64,000 nt of DNA from Anaerolineae bacterium (GCA_026991225.1 JALXCB010000054.1:4277-68276); one strand, 5' to 3'. Positions 18,743 to 29,092 are shown, counted from the stretch's first letter. Notes: generated from the letters alone by a model not told the origin. Translations and numbers: made by a program.

Positions 18743-20593
18743 ATGCAGCACACAGAAAGCCTTTCCTCTCCCGCCAGTTCGACCCAAACCCGAGCCAGCC
18801 ACAAGACGACCTCGCTGGTGATGCTCATCCTGCTCTGGGTGCTGATCCCGGCGTTGGTGCTGGCGTTCCTGGTGGTGCGCTTCGAATGGACGTATCGGGA
18901 CAAGATTTATCCGGGCGTGCAGGTCATGGGCGTGGATTTGAGCGGCATGACCCGGGATGAAGCCCGTCAGGCGCTGGAGCAGGCGGCCAGGGCGTATGCA
19001 CTGCCCCAGGTGGCTCTGCGCTATGGCGATCAGATATGGCCTTTGAGCCAGGATGATCTGGGCGTGGTCGTGCTGGTGGATGAAAGTCTGAATCAGGCGT
19101 TCGCCCTGGGCCGCAATGGGGATATGACCGAGAATCTCAGCGCCCAATGGCAGGCGTTCTGGCGCGGGGCCGTGTTGGAGCCCACCGTCGAGGTGAACCC
19201 GGGCCGGGTGGAGCAGACCGTGCGGGAGTTGACCGCGTCTCTCAACCATGCCGTCACCGAGTCGCGCGTGAGCCTCAGCGAGTTGCAAGTGGTCATCACC
19301 TCTTCACAACCGGGGCAGGTGGTGGATGTGCCGGCGACGGTGGAGGCCGTGATTCGCCGCGTCGAGAACGGCATGGGCGGCATCGTCGATGTGCAGGTGC
19401 AAAAGATCCCGGCCGCGGGCACGATTCCCATCGCCAGTAAGAAGACCATCGAGGAGACCCTCAGCCAGCCCATCCTCCTGACTGACCCCCGCGGCGAGTT
19501 TCAGTTCTCGCTGGACCCGGCCACCCTGGCCACGCTGGTGACCTGGGTGAATGATGACGAGCAGGTGGGGCAGGTGAAGCCCGAGGTGGACACGGACGCG
19601 CTCGTTTCCATCGTCGAAGATTGGGCCAAACAGGTCTATCGCCCGCCTCTGGACGCGCGCTTCGATTTCGATCCCAAGCGCGGCCAACTCATCGAGCTTT
19701 CGCCCAGCGCCAATGGCTATGAGCTGGACGTGGAGGCGACGGTGGCCGCCATCGAGAACGCCATCCTCACGGGCGAAAAGCAGGTCGAGCTGCCCGTGCG
19801 CCTGGTCAAGCCCGACGTGGCCTCGGAGGATGCACCCAGTTTCGGCATCAAGGAGCTGGTCGCCCGCGGCACGACCAAATTCGCCGGGTCGAGCAAGGCG
19901 CGGGTGAAGAATATCGAGGTGGCCGCGTCGAAGTTCGTGGGCGTAGTCATTCCGCCCGGCGGCGTGTTCTCCTTCAACAAATATGTGGGCGATGTGACCG
20001 CGGCCAACGGGTTCGAGGATTCTTTGATCATCGCCGGTGACCGCACCGCGGTGGGGGTGGGCGGCGGCGTCTGCCAGGTGAGCACGACCGTGTTCCGGGC
20101 CTCCTTCTTCGGCGGCTTCCCCACGGTGGAGCGCTGGGCCCACGGCTATGTGGTAAGTTGGTACGGCAAGCCGGGCATCGACGCCACGGTCTACACGCCC
20201 AAAGTCGATTTCAAGTTCAAGAACACCACGGACGCCTATCTGCTGATCAAGCCCATCGTGGACACGAAGAAGGGGATTCTCATCTTCGAGTTTTATGGCA
20301 CGAAGCCCGGTTGGAAGGTGGAGGTGGGCGAGCCTCAGTATTCCAACCGCCAACCTCCGCCCCCGCCCCTTTATATCGAAGACCCGACCATGCCGCCGGG
20401 CAAGGTGGTGCAGTTCGATTGGGCTGTCGAGGGTCTGGACGCGAAAGTGCCGCGCAAGGTGTGGGACAAGGACGGCAATCTGCTCATCGACGAGGTGCTG
20501 GTGAGCAAGTACAAGCCCTGGCAGGCGAAATTTCGTTTCGGGCCCGGCTACACCCCGCCCGCGGGCGCCCAGGTGAAGTGGGCGAATCCGTAG
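18743..20593 (+). CDS. VanW-domain protein with N-terminal TM anchor
   Basis: 'AGDRTAVGVGGGVCQVSTTVFRASFFGG' VanW motif. Track ORF (18560) starts inside repeats; real start at MQHTESL with GAAGG SD. Confidence 0.8.
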   Translation: MQHTESLSSPASSTQTRASHKTTSLVMLILLWVLIPALVLAFLVVRFEWTYRDKIYPGVQVMGVDLSGMTRDEARQALEQAARAYALPQVALRYGDQIWPLSQDDLGVVVLVDESLNQAFALGRNGDMTENLSAQWQAFWRGAVLEPTVEVNPGRVEQTVRELTASLNHAVTESRVSLSELQVVITSSQPGQVVDVPATVEAVIRRVENGMGGIVDVQVQKIPAAGTIPIASKKTIEETLSQPILLTDPRGEFQFSLDPATLATLVTWVNDDEQVGQVKPEVDTDALVSIVEDWAKQVYRPPLDARFDFDPKRGQLIELSPSANGYELDVEATVAAIENAILTGEKQVELPVRLVKPDVASEDAPSFGIKELVARGTTKFAGSSKARVKNIEVAASKFVGVVIPPGGVFSFNKYVGDVTAANGFEDSLIIAGDRTAVGVGGGVCQVSTTVFRASFFGGFPTVERWAHGYVVSWYGKPGIDATVYTPKVDFKFKNTTDAYLLIKPIVDTKKGILIFEFYGTKPGWKVEVGEPQYSNRQPPPPPLYIEDPTMPPGKVVQFDWAVEGLDAKVPRKVWDKDGNLLIDEVLVSKYKPWQAKFRFGPGYTPPAGAQVKWANP

Positions 20594-20596
20594 GGA

Positions 20597-21448
20597 CTAT
20601 TTCTCCACCAGGCTGCGCAGGACGGCCAGATTCTCCACGTCCTCGTGCATGTCCTTGCTCTTGGGCGTCTCCAGAATCATGGGCACATGCTCGAAGCGGG
20701 GGTCGTTGATGATGTGGCGGAAGCCGTCCAGCCCAATGAACCCCTTGCCGATGTGCTCGTGCCGGTCCTTGCGGGAGCCGAGATCGAATTTGCTGTCGTT
20801 GAAGTGGAAGCATTTGAGCAGGTCCAGGCCGATGGTCTGGTCGAAGGCGTCCATGGTCTGGGCGTAGCCCTCGGGCGTGCGGATTTCGTAGCCCGCGGCG
20901 AAGACGTGGCAGGTGTCGAAGCAGACCGCGATGCGCTCGGGGTCGGACGCGGCGGCCCGCATCGCGGTCAGTTGCTCGAAGCGATAGCCCAGATGCTTGC
21001 CCGTGCCCGCGGTGGTCTCCAGCAGGGTCAAAGCCTCGAAGCCCGCGGTGCGCTGGTGGCAGATATCCAGGGCGCGGGCGATGCGTTCGATGCCGTAGGC
21101 TTCGCCGTCCTCTTTGGGAGAGCCGGGATGGAGGACGACGCCCAGCAGGCCCAGGGCCTCGGCCCGCTCCAACTCGTCCACGAACGCATCGATGGATTTC
21201 TCCCACAACGCGTCATCGGAAGAGGCCAGGTTGATGAGATAGGAGGCGTGGGAGACTACGGGCCGCACCGGGCTTTGCTGCCAGCGCTCGTGCCAGCGCT
21301 GGATTTCCCTGGGATCGAGGGGCTTGGTGGCCCAGCGGTTGTTGTTGCGAGTGAAGATCTGCATGGTGTCGCAGCCGACGTCTTCGGCCCGTTGAAAGGC
21401 CTTGCTGACGCCGCCGGCGGTGCTGACATGCGCGCCGAATCGTGGCAT
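20597..21448 (-). CDS. nfo: deoxyribonuclease IV (endonuclease IV, AP endonuclease family 2)
   Basis: 'HASYLINLAS', 'VLHPGS', 'TAGTG' Nfo motifs, 283 aa. Confidence 0.9.
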   Translation of the reverse strand: MPRFGAHVSTAGGVSKAFQRAEDVGCDTMQIFTRNNNRWATKPLDPREIQRWHERWQQSPVRPVVSHASYLINLASSDDALWEKSIDAFVDELERAEALGLLGVVLHPGSPKEDGEAYGIERIARALDICHQRTAGFEALTLLETTAGTGKHLGYRFEQLTAMRAAASDPERIAVCFDTCHVFAAGYEIRTPEGYAQTMDAFDQTIGLDLLKCFHFNDSKFDLGSRKDRHEHIGKGFIGLDGFRHIINDPRFEHVPMILETPKSKDMHEDVENLAVLRSLVEK

Positions 21449-21489
21449 GGGGGTTCTCCGAGGGAGTGAGTTTGATTATTGGAAGGGTT

Positions 21490-21605
21490 TTGCTAACGTA
21501 GCCCTGTTGACTCAACACGGATACGAGAAAACACGGATAAAATCTTTTGAAAGCTTTTGAAAGACTTCGTGCCTTTGTGTCCTTCGCGTCTTCGTGGCAA
21601 AAGTG
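21490..21605. mobile_element. MITE family A, inverted partial copy lacking outer TIR
   Basis: Reverse complement of the inner arms of the 18365-18508 element ('ccgtgtttcctcgtatccgtgttgagtcaa'). Confidence 0.6.
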
Positions 21606-21663
21606 GGATGGTTGGGCCAACACCGCTGATAGTTATGACTCTGGCGGGCGGACCCTGTGGCCG

Positions 21664-22107
21664 TTAACGAACCACGCCCACGCCCAGTTCATAGACCAAT
21701 CGCCCGCCCTGATGCCCGGACAGGGCCAGGATCAATGCGGCGAGGATGAGCAGGCCGAACCAGGCCCACAGTTTGCTCCCCGCCAGCGCGTCCTTCTTGT
21801 TCCAGACGACGTACAGATAGAGGGCGATGCCGTAGACCACCCACATGGCGATCATGCCCGTGGTGTGGATGTTGGCAAGCTGGTTTTCGGGCGAGTCGGG
21901 GGGCAGGGCGCTCTTGTCGATGAGCCCGGTGATGAGGGCCGGGATGACCAGCGCCCACCCGGCCAACAGGGCGTAGAGGCCCCATTGTTCGCCCGCGGGC
22001 CTGGGCCAGAGGCGAAAGAGAATAACGGCGAAGGTTCCGGCCAGCAGGAGGGCGATGGGGAAGTGAACCAGGCTGGGATGGAGGGGGATGGCGCTGAATT
22101 CGAACAT
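21664..22107 (-). CDS. DUF2231-like small membrane protein
   Basis: 'MFEFSAIPLHPSLVHFPIALLL' with GGAGA SD. Four predicted TM helices. Confidence 0.6.
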   Translation of the reverse strand: MFEFSAIPLHPSLVHFPIALLLAGTFAVILFRLWPRPAGEQWGLYALLAGWALVIPALITGLIDKSALPPDSPENQLANIHTTGMIAMWVVYGIALYLYVVWNKKDALAGSKLWAWFGLLILAALILALSGHQGGRLVYELGVGVVR

Positions 22108-22285
22108 GCCTATCTCCGATTGTCGTAGTGGGAGGGATGACTCGATGGCAATTATAGCAGTGATCTGGAGGGATTGCACACCCCTTTTTTGGAAAGCGGT
22201 GAGGATTTTGGAAATCCCCGCCTTTGTGCTAGTATTTGATATCTTTCACACAAACCATCCCGATTTTGAACATGAGCATTGGCGC

Positions 22286-22837
22286 ATGCTTGCTATCGAA
22301 CGACGCGAATATATTCTGAACCGCTTGCGCAAGGAAGGCCGCGTGCAGGTGCGGGAGCTCAGTCAGGAGCTGGGCGTGTCGCACATGACCATCCATCGCG
22401 ACCTGGACTATCTGTCGACGCAGGATGACCGGGTGAAGAAGGTGTTTGGGGGCGCGATCATGGAGCGGCCCTATCCGCCCGAGGTCGGAAAGTGCGCGAT
22501 GTGCGGCAAGCCCGTGCCCACGCGCACGGCCATCTCCCTGCAAACGTTCTCGGGCGAGCGTCTGGAGGCGTGCTGTGCCCACTGCGGGCTGTTGTTGCTG
22601 GAAACGCGGGACGATATTGTCTCGGGCATGGCCACCGACTACATTCTCGAACGGGTGGTCAATCTCAAAGCAGCGGTGTTCCTGATCGAATCGGACGTGG
22701 TGGTGTGTTGCTCTCCTTCGGTTCTGTGTTTTGGGGATGAGGAGCACGCCCGTCGCTTCCAACAGGGCTTTGGCGGTGAGATCGCCGACCTGGACGAAGC
22801 CAAGAAACAGGTTGTCTTTCATATGACGCTTTCATGA
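22286..22837 (+). CDS. DeoR-type HTH regulator with C-terminal Cys-rich (TRASH/YHS-like) putative metal-binding domain
   Basis: N-terminal 'ILNRLRKEGRVQVRELSQELGVSHMTIHRDLDYL...VFGGA' DeoR HTH. C-terminal 'CAMCGKPV...CCAHCG' Cys cluster. Confidence 0.6.
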   Translation: MLAIERREYILNRLRKEGRVQVRELSQELGVSHMTIHRDLDYLSTQDDRVKKVFGGAIMERPYPPEVGKCAMCGKPVPTRTAISLQTFSGERLEACCAHCGLLLLETRDDIVSGMATDYILERVVNLKAAVFLIESDVVVCCSPSVLCFGDEEHARRFQQGFGGEIADLDEAKKQVVFHMTLS

Positions 22838-22881
22838 TCCACCATCATTCCTATCCTCCATCCATCAAAGGAGACATTCCG

Positions 22882-23346
22882 ATGAATTCGTCAGCCAAGC
22901 GTTTTCTCATCATCCTGTTGATTATGGCATTGTTCGCCGTCACTCTGGCGGCTTGTGGCGGCGGTCAAGGCCCGAAAATCGAGATCAAAGACCCCTGGGC
23001 CCGACCCTCGCCCAAAATGGCCACCAGCGGCGCCGCCTACATGATCATCGAGAACAAAGGCAACGAGGATGACGCGCTCATTGGCGTCGAGGGTGACGTC
23101 AGCGATGCGATTGAGATCCATGAAATGGTCGTGGACGAGAACAATGTCATGCACATGAAGCCGGTGGAGGGTCAGCGGCTGGTGATCCCTGCCAAAGGCA
23201 AGGTGGAATTGAAGCCGGGCGGGTATCATATCATGCTCATCGGCCTGAAGCATCAGTTGCAGGAGGGCGAAGTGGTCGATCTCACCCTCAAGTTCGAGAA
23301 GTCGGGCGAGATGAAGGTGCAGGCGCCGGTGAAGATGGCGAAGTGA
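22882..23346 (+). CDS. copper chaperone PCu(A)C (DUF461) lipoprotein
   Basis: Lipobox 'LAACGGG', 'IEIHEMV...MHM' Cu(I)-binding H/M motif. AGGAGA SD. Confidence 0.8.
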   Translation: MNSSAKRFLIILLIMALFAVTLAACGGGQGPKIEIKDPWARPSPKMATSGAAYMIIENKGNEDDALIGVEGDVSDAIEIHEMVVDENNVMHMKPVEGQRLVIPAKGKVELKPGGYHIMLIGLKHQLQEGEVVDLTLKFEKSGEMKVQAPVKMAK

Positions 23347-23379
23347 GGCCCGTTTCGACGTTCAGCAATCCAGGTCGGC

Positions 23380-23545
23380 CGTCGCGCCGGCCTTTTTTGT
23401 TCTGTAAACCGCATTGGCGTCGTTTGTGAAAGGTTCGCGAGGCTAATGTTGGGAAGGTCTGCAATCGACATGATGCGTAATTCGTAATCCGTAAAGTCGT
23501 TACGCAATACGCATTATGAAATCGGCCTTCCGCGCCAACTTTATC
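23380..23545. repeat. REP-like palindromic element (family B)
   Basis: '...gcaatcgacatgatgcgtaattcgtaatccgtaaagtcgttacgcaatacgcattatgaaatcggccttccgcgcc'. Confidence 0.7.
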
Positions 23546-23612
23546 CAACAGATGCCGTCCGAACAGGATACCGTTTTTTCGGGAGAGCGCCCCGCGCGAG
23601 TACAATAGTTTC

Positions 23613-24401
23613 ATGGCCTATCTCACCACGCCCTTCAAACGCCGCTGGATTCTCTCCACCATCCTCGTCATCATCGCCTCGCTGGTCATGGTGCGGTTGG
23701 GTTTTTGGCAGCTCGACCGGCACGCCCTGCGCATGGCCTACATCAACGCGGTCATCGCCGAGGTGGAGGACGCGCCCTTCACGCTCACCGGCGGGCCCGA
23801 GGACAACGCCTACGCGGAGCGCATCTATCATCAGGCCGAGGCCCGCGGGCGGTTCGATTTCGACCATCAGGTCATCATCAAAAACCAGTTCTACAATGAC
23901 GCACTGGGCTATGACCTGGTGACGCCCTTTTTGATTGAAGGCAGCGATCGGGCGGTGCTGGTGGATCGGGGCTGGGTTCCGCCCGAGGAGGTGCAGTCGG
24001 CCGAGGACGCCCGCAAGTTCGACGAGCCCGATCTCACCCATATCGTGGGCCGCATCATGCCCCAGGAAAAGCACCGGGGCGAGTTGCCCAGCCCGGATAA
24101 TTCCCAGCTCATGTGGTATCGGGTGGATGTGGAAGGCATTGGGGCGCAGACGCCCTATGAGGTCCTGCCCTACGCGGTGGCGTTGATCCCGCCCGAGGAG
24201 CCCCAGAACGAGCCGCCCTACCGCAATCCCCCAAAATTCAAGCTGGACCCGGGCCCGCACATGGGCTACGCCATCCAATGGTTCCTCTTCGCCGCCATCG
24301 TGCCGCTGGTCTACGCCTGGCAGGTGGTGCGGGTGGATCGGAAGGAGCGGGAGGAAGCGTCTGACTCCTCGGAGGAGGCGTCGGACGACGGGGACGCCTA
24401 G
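23613..24401 (+). CDS. SURF1-family cytochrome oxidase assembly protein
   Basis: 'LGFWQLDR' and 'YAIQWF' SURF1 motifs, two TM helices. Confidence 0.85.
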   Translation: MAYLTTPFKRRWILSTILVIIASLVMVRLGFWQLDRHALRMAYINAVIAEVEDAPFTLTGGPEDNAYAERIYHQAEARGRFDFDHQVIIKNQFYNDALGYDLVTPFLIEGSDRAVLVDRGWVPPEEVQSAEDARKFDEPDLTHIVGRIMPQEKHRGELPSPDNSQLMWYRVDVEGIGAQTPYEVLPYAVALIPPEEPQNEPPYRNPPKFKLDPGPHMGYAIQWFLFAAIVPLVYAWQVVRVDRKEREEASDSSEEASDDGDA

Positions 24402-24688
24402 AGCCTGTTATGAACTTCCCGCCGTTTGCACGCGGTGTGTCGTATCGTGTGTGGCTTAATTCGCCGCGGATGACGCTGATGCGACAGATCACACGGATTT
24501 TCACTGAAAAAGATGGCGTCCCATTGAAAAATCCGCGAAAATCCGTTGCATCCGGGTTATCCGCGGCGAGTTCCAACCCCCGATGCGATGATACTGAGCT
24601 TTGACGAAGCCAAAGTGCATAACAGGCGCCACGCGCGGTGGCGCGCCGATACCGATGGAAATGAGAACGCAGATGACATAGATGCAAC

Positions 24689-24770
24689 GTAACTGCTAAC
24701 GTACCAGTTAACAAACCACAAAGGCCACAAAGGTACTAAGAACACAAAGAAGAAAATGTATAAATCTCCA
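24689..24770. mobile_element. MITE family A, left-half copy
   Basis: 'gtaactgctaacgtaccagttaacaaaccacaaaggccacaaaggtactaagaacacaaagaag...'. Confidence 0.65.
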
Positions 24771-24775
24771 TCCTG

Positions 24776-24806
24776 ATCCGGATCCCAATCCAAATCCTCA
24801 CTCCAA
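24776..24806. repeat. (ATCCNN) hexamer tandem (family F)
   Basis: 'atcctgatccggatcccaatccaaatcctc', immediately upstream of the ACAD RBS. Confidence 0.55.
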
Positions 24807-24819
24807 CCAGGAGGACCCC

Positions 24820-26067
24820 ATGTCCACCCAAGCCATGCTCACTGACACCGAACGCGCTTTGCAAGAAGAGGTCGCGGATTTCGTGGCGTCTGTGCCGCGG
24901 GATTTGCTCGTGGCCATGGACGCGGATGAGGTGCAGTACCCGCGCGAGTTCATCCAGGAGGCCGGGCGCAGGAATCTGCTGGGGCTACGCTTCGACCGGG
25001 TCTGGGGCGGCCGCGGCCTGCCCTGGACCGCGGAACTGGTCGCCCTGGAGGAGGTGGGCGTGCTGGGCACAGCCCTGGCCTGCCTCTATTCCCTGGTCTC
25101 CATCGTGGGCGAGGCCATCCATGTCTTCGGCACGGAAGAACAGAAGGAGCGCTTCCTCAAGCCCATGATCGCGGGGGAGCTCACCGTGGCCGAGGGCCTG
25201 ACCGAGCCGCGCGGGGGCTCCGATTTCTTCGGGGCCACGACCAAGGCCCGCCGCGAGGGCGACGTGTTCTATCTCACGGGCCAGAAGCGCTTCGTGGTGG
25301 GCGCAGAGGGCGCGGACCTGATCCTGGTCTACGGCAAGGTCGAGGGCATCGAGGACCCCAAGCGGGCCATGACCGTGTTCCTGGTGGAGCGGGACGACAC
25401 GGTGAAGGTGGAGCATGTGTATGGGCTGATGGGCACGCGCGGGGGCGGCACGGGCCGCATCGTGTTCCGCAACACGCCCGTGCCCGTGGCAAACGTGCTG
25501 GGCGGCGAAGCGGGCGTGGGCGCGGGCGCGGCCGTGTTCAACCAGATGATGATCCCTGAGCGCATGACCTCGGCCGGGGGCGCGGTGGGCATGGGCCGAG
25601 CCGCCATCGAGATCGCGGCCCGCTATGCGGACAAGCGCAAGGCCTTTGGCCGCAAGATCCGCCGTTTCGAGGGCGTCAATTTCAAGATCGCGGAGAGCCT
25701 CACCCTGCTGGACGCGGCCCGGGCGTTGAATCACGCGGTGGGCGTGGCCATCGATGCGGGCGAAGACCCAGGCAAAGTGCGGCGGCTGGTCTCAGAAGCC
25801 AAGAAATTCAGCACCGACAGCGCCTTGGAGGTGGTCAATCATGCCATGCAGATTTTGGGCGGCATCGGCTACACCAACGTTTTCCCCGTGGAGCGCCTGC
25901 TGCGGGATGTGCGGCTCATCACCATCTGGACGGGCACCAACGAGATCATGAACCTGGTCATCCAGCACGAGTATTACAAGGAGATGGGGGCGAAGCCCCT
26001 ACGCGGGCGCGACGTGGAGATGGACGCCGCGGGCGCATTCTTCGAGGAGGAAAAAGTTTACGAGTAA
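24820..26067 (+). CDS. acyl-CoA dehydrogenase family protein
   Basis: 415 aa, ACAD N/M/C domains ('[11 protein letters not shown]', 'QILGGIGY'). Confidence 0.85.
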   Translation: MSTQAMLTDTERALQEEVADFVASVPRDLLVAMDADEVQYPREFIQEAGRRNLLGLRFDRVWGGRGLPWTAELVALEEVGVLGTALACLYSLVSIVGEAIHVFGTEEQKERFLKPMIAGELTVAEGLTEPRGGSDFFGATTKARREGDVFYLTGQKRFVVGAEGADLILVYGKVEGIEDPKRAMTVFLVERDDTVKVEHVYGLMGTRGGGTGRIVFRNTPVPVANVLGGEAGVGAGAAVFNQMMIPERMTSAGGAVGMGRAAIEIAARYADKRKAFGRKIRRFEGVNFKIAESLTLLDAARALNHAVGVAIDAGEDPGKVRRLVSEAKKFSTDSALEVVNHAMQILGGIGYTNVFPVERLLRDVRLITIWTGTNEIMNLVIQHEYYKEMGAKPLRGRDVEMDAAGAFFEEEKVYE

Positions 26068-26124
26068 GCTTTCGGAAAACGCTGAGCAGGCGGCCCGAGC
26101 CACAGATCGTCGATACCGACGAAA

Positions 26125-26220
26125 AAGTAGCCCGGCCACCCGGTAAACCAGGAACCAGGGAAACCGGGCCGCATCGCTCACCGTCCCGGTCTACAAGTCT
26201 ACTGGTTTCCCGGTTTTCCG
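26125..26220. repeat. family D repeat
   Basis: 'ccggtaaaccaggaaccagggaaaccgggccg...ggtctacaagtctactggtttcccggttttccgg'. Confidence 0.65.
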
Positions 26221-26222
26221 GC

Positions 26223-27065
26223 TCAATACGCCTCGCGCACGATGACGCCCAACACGTTGGAGCCCAGGAAGGTGGCCAGGGTGGCGTCGGGCACGTCGGT
26301 GAAGATGGGCGCGTGGGGGAATTTCTCCCGCAGGCGCTCCATCAGCGCCGTCGCGATCTGCACGTTGTTGTGCTGCAACAGCGCCAGTTCTTCCAGATAG
26401 GCGAACTCGCTGATGTATTCGTAAAGCTTTTCCACTGCGTCCAGGGCGTCGCGGGCCTTGTCCATAACCAGCAGATCGCCATCCCGCGTCTCCACCAACG
26501 CCCGAATGCCCAGCATCGATCCCAAAAACGCCTGGGATTTGCGCAGCCGCCCGTCCCGCTCCAGGTAATGCAGATCACTGGTGAGGAAAGCCAGGAAGAT
26601 GGCGGGGATCATGCCCCGGATCTCCCGTCCGATGGCCTGGGCGCTCTCGCCCGCCTGAGCCATCTCCGCCGCCCGCAGCACGATCATCCCCAGCCCCCGG
26701 CTCAGGGTCTCGCTGTCGATGACGGTAATGCGGGTGTGGCTGCGCAGGGTGCTGGCCGCGGTGTGGGCCACGTCCACCACCTTATTCAACTTGCGCGAGG
26801 TGTGGATGGAGATGATGTGGTCGGTTTCCTTGCTCAGTTCGTAGTAGAGGTCGATGACTTCTTGCAGCAAGGGCGGCTCCGAGGTGGGCAGCGTCTTCAC
26901 GCTTTGTAGCCGTCTGAAATACTCCTCATAGGAGAGATCGGTGAATTCCTTGTAGACCTTTCGCCCCATGCGCACCCGCAAGGGGATGATGGTGATGCCG
27001 TAGCGCTCGATTTCTTCGGGCGTGAGATGGGCGCTGCTGTCGGTGACAATGCGGATATGGCTCAT
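26223..27065 (-). CDS. fakB: DegV-family fatty-acid-binding protein (FakB)
   Basis: 'MSHIRIVTDSSAHL' DegV start; track ORF over-extended. Adjacent to the DAK2 gene. Confidence 0.8.
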   Translation of the reverse strand: MSHIRIVTDSSAHLTPEEIERYGITIIPLRVRMGRKVYKEFTDLSYEEYFRRLQSVKTLPTSEPPLLQEVIDLYYELSKETDHIISIHTSRKLNKVVDVAHTAASTLRSHTRITVIDSETLSRGLGMIVLRAAEMAQAGESAQAIGREIRGMIPAIFLAFLTSDLHYLERDGRLRKSQAFLGSMLGIRALVETRDGDLLVMDKARDALDAVEKLYEYISEFAYLEELALLQHNNVQIATALMERLREKFPHAPIFTDVPDATLATFLGSNVLGVIVREAY

Positions 27066-27139
27066 GATGGCTCTCTGACGTGAGGTTTGATGAAAGGATG
27101 ACACTCCATTATACACCATTTTCCGCCGCTTGTGGGCGT

Positions 27140-28813
27140 TTATTCCACCGAAATGATGAGATGGTAATGGGGCTGCCCTCCGGCGACGACCTCGACCTCC
27201 ACGTCGGGATGGCGGGCCTCGATGGCCTGCGCCAGCGCCCGCGCATCCGCCTCCGCCATGGGCTGGCCGACATAAACCGTGACCATCTCGTAATCCCCTT
27301 CCGCCAGGAACGCATCCAACGCCTGCAAGGCCGTCTGACCGGGATCATCGCCCGTGCAGCATAACCGCCCATCCGCCAGGGCGATGATAGCCCCCTTCTG
27401 CACCTGAACGCCGTCGATGGCGGCGTCGCGCACGGCCTCGGTCACCTCGATGGTGTGGACGTCGGCCAGGGCCCGACGCATGGCCTCAGCGTTCTCCTCG
27501 GCGCTGGCCTGGGGGCGATAGGCGAACAGGACGGCGACGCCCTGGGGCAGGGTGCGGCTTTCCACCACGTAAACCGCTTTGTCCGATAATTCGGCGGCCT
27601 GTCGCGCGGCCATGAGGATATTTTTGTTGTTGGGCAGGAGAATGACCTCAGGCTCGGGCACGCGGGCGATGGCCTGGAGGAGTTCGTCGGTGGAGGGGTT
27701 CATGGTCTGACCGCCCGCGACGATGTGGCACGCACCCAGGCTGCGGAACACCTCAGCGAAGCCCTCGCCCGCCGTCACCGCCACCACGGGAATGCAGAAA
27801 TCCTCCGTCCTGGCGGACGCAACGGGCCCTGCGCCCCGCTCCGGGCCCTCCTCCGTCCAGATCCCTTTACGCCGCAGGGTTTGCAGGGTCATATTCTCCA
27901 CCACGACGTCGTCCAGCAGCCCCAGGGACGCGCCATAGGCCAGGAAGGGGCCGGGGTTCTCGCCGTGGACGTGCACCTTGGTCACCCGGCCCGAACGCCC
28001 GACCACGATGCTCTCTCCGCCCAGGTCGATAAGCCGCCGCCGGATGGCCTCCTCGCCGGGCTGAGCATCGTAAATCAGAAACTGGATATCGTAACCCCAC
28101 TCGTCGGGCAGAGCTTCCAGACGGGGTTGCGCCGCGGGCGCGGACGATGCAGACGGCATGGCTTCGCCCGTCACTGCGTGAGTCACGCCTTCCAGCAGAT
28201 ACACCAGCCCCGCGCCGCCCGCGTCCACCACGCCCGCTTCCTGGAGGATGGGGAGCATCTCGGGCGTCTGGGCCAGGGCCTCGCGGGCCTTGCTGAGGCT
28301 GGTCGTCAGCAAAAAGCCGATATCATCGCTGAGCGCGGCCGCGTGCTCGCTGGCGTCGGCCATGGCCCGGATGATGGTGAGAATGGTGCCCTCCACCGGC
28401 TGCATCACGCCCTGATACGCCGCCCGCTGGCCCTGGCGGAAGGCGTGCGCCAGGGCGTTCGCGTCCCATGCCGGGAGGCCGCCTGCCGCGTCCGCCATGC
28501 CGCGGAAGATCTGGGAGAGGATGACGCCGCTGTTGCCTCGGGCCCCGCGGATGGCGCCATGCGCTGCAGCCCGCATGATCTCGCCCGCATGGTCACTTTC
28601 CAAACCCTCGATTTCCTTCCAGGCCGCCTGCATGGTCAGCGTCATATTGGTCCCGGTGTCGCCATCGGGCACGGGGAACACGTTCAGAGCGTTGACCTCC
28701 TCCCGATGCGCCCGTAGACTCTCCAGCGCCGCCCGCAGCATCGCCTTCCATTCTGCGCCCTGAATCGCATTCGACGTCACAGTAGATTCCGGCTCGGCCT
28801 TTTGTAGGATCAT
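27140..28813 (-). CDS. fakA: DAK2-domain fatty acid kinase subunit FakA (YloV)
   Basis: 557 aa, 'DGDTGTNM' Dak2 motif. yloV-degV pairing. Confidence 0.8.
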   Translation of the reverse strand: MILQKAEPESTVTSNAIQGAEWKAMLRAALESLRAHREEVNALNVFPVPDGDTGTNMTLTMQAAWKEIEGLESDHAGEIMRAAAHGAIRGARGNSGVILSQIFRGMADAAGGLPAWDANALAHAFRQGQRAAYQGVMQPVEGTILTIIRAMADASEHAAALSDDIGFLLTTSLSKAREALAQTPEMLPILQEAGVVDAGGAGLVYLLEGVTHAVTGEAMPSASSAPAAQPRLEALPDEWGYDIQFLIYDAQPGEEAIRRRLIDLGGESIVVGRSGRVTKVHVHGENPGPFLAYGASLGLLDDVVVENMTLQTLRRKGIWTEEGPERGAGPVASARTEDFCIPVVAVTAGEGFAEVFRSLGACHIVAGGQTMNPSTDELLQAIARVPEPEVILLPNNKNILMAARQAAELSDKAVYVVESRTLPQGVAVLFAYRPQASAEENAEAMRRALADVHTIEVTEAVRDAAIDGVQVQKGAIIALADGRLCCTGDDPGQTALQALDAFLAEGDYEMVTVYVGQPMAEADARALAQAIEARHPDVEVEVVAGGQPHYHLIISVE

Positions 28814-28892
28814 CGTGGATGAAATTTGCGAAAAAGCGAGGGTTATGCTAATCTATTGGTTGCGCCCCGAAAGGGGGCTTTTTCTTGCCATC

Positions 28893-29052
28893 CTGGCGCC
28901 TGCTAACGCACGCCACTTTAGGCCGCAAAAAGCCACGAACGTTCGAAGTTTTACGAAGACACGAAGGAAAAAATAAAGGAAAAGGCTTCGCGCCTTCGTT
29001 CTCTTCGTGTCTTCGTGGCAAAAAAGGTGGCGCGGCTTCAACTGCTACAAAC
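28893..29052. mobile_element. MITE family A copy in the fakA/rpmB divergent intergenic region
   Basis: 'cctgctaacgcacgccactttaggccgcaaaaagccacgaa...cttcgtgtcttcgtggcaaaaaaggtggcgcggcttcaactgctac', same arm structure as the 53788-53942 copy. Confidence 0.7.
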
Positions 29053-29075
29053 TGATTACTGCACACTGATTACTG
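29040..29075 (+). repeat. CTGATTACTG heptamer repeats upstream of rpmB
   Basis: 'ctgctacaaactgattactgcacactgattactgaatcc', 20 nt 5' of the rpmB ATG. Confidence 0.55.
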
Positions 29076-29092
29076 AATCCGGAGAGTTCATC

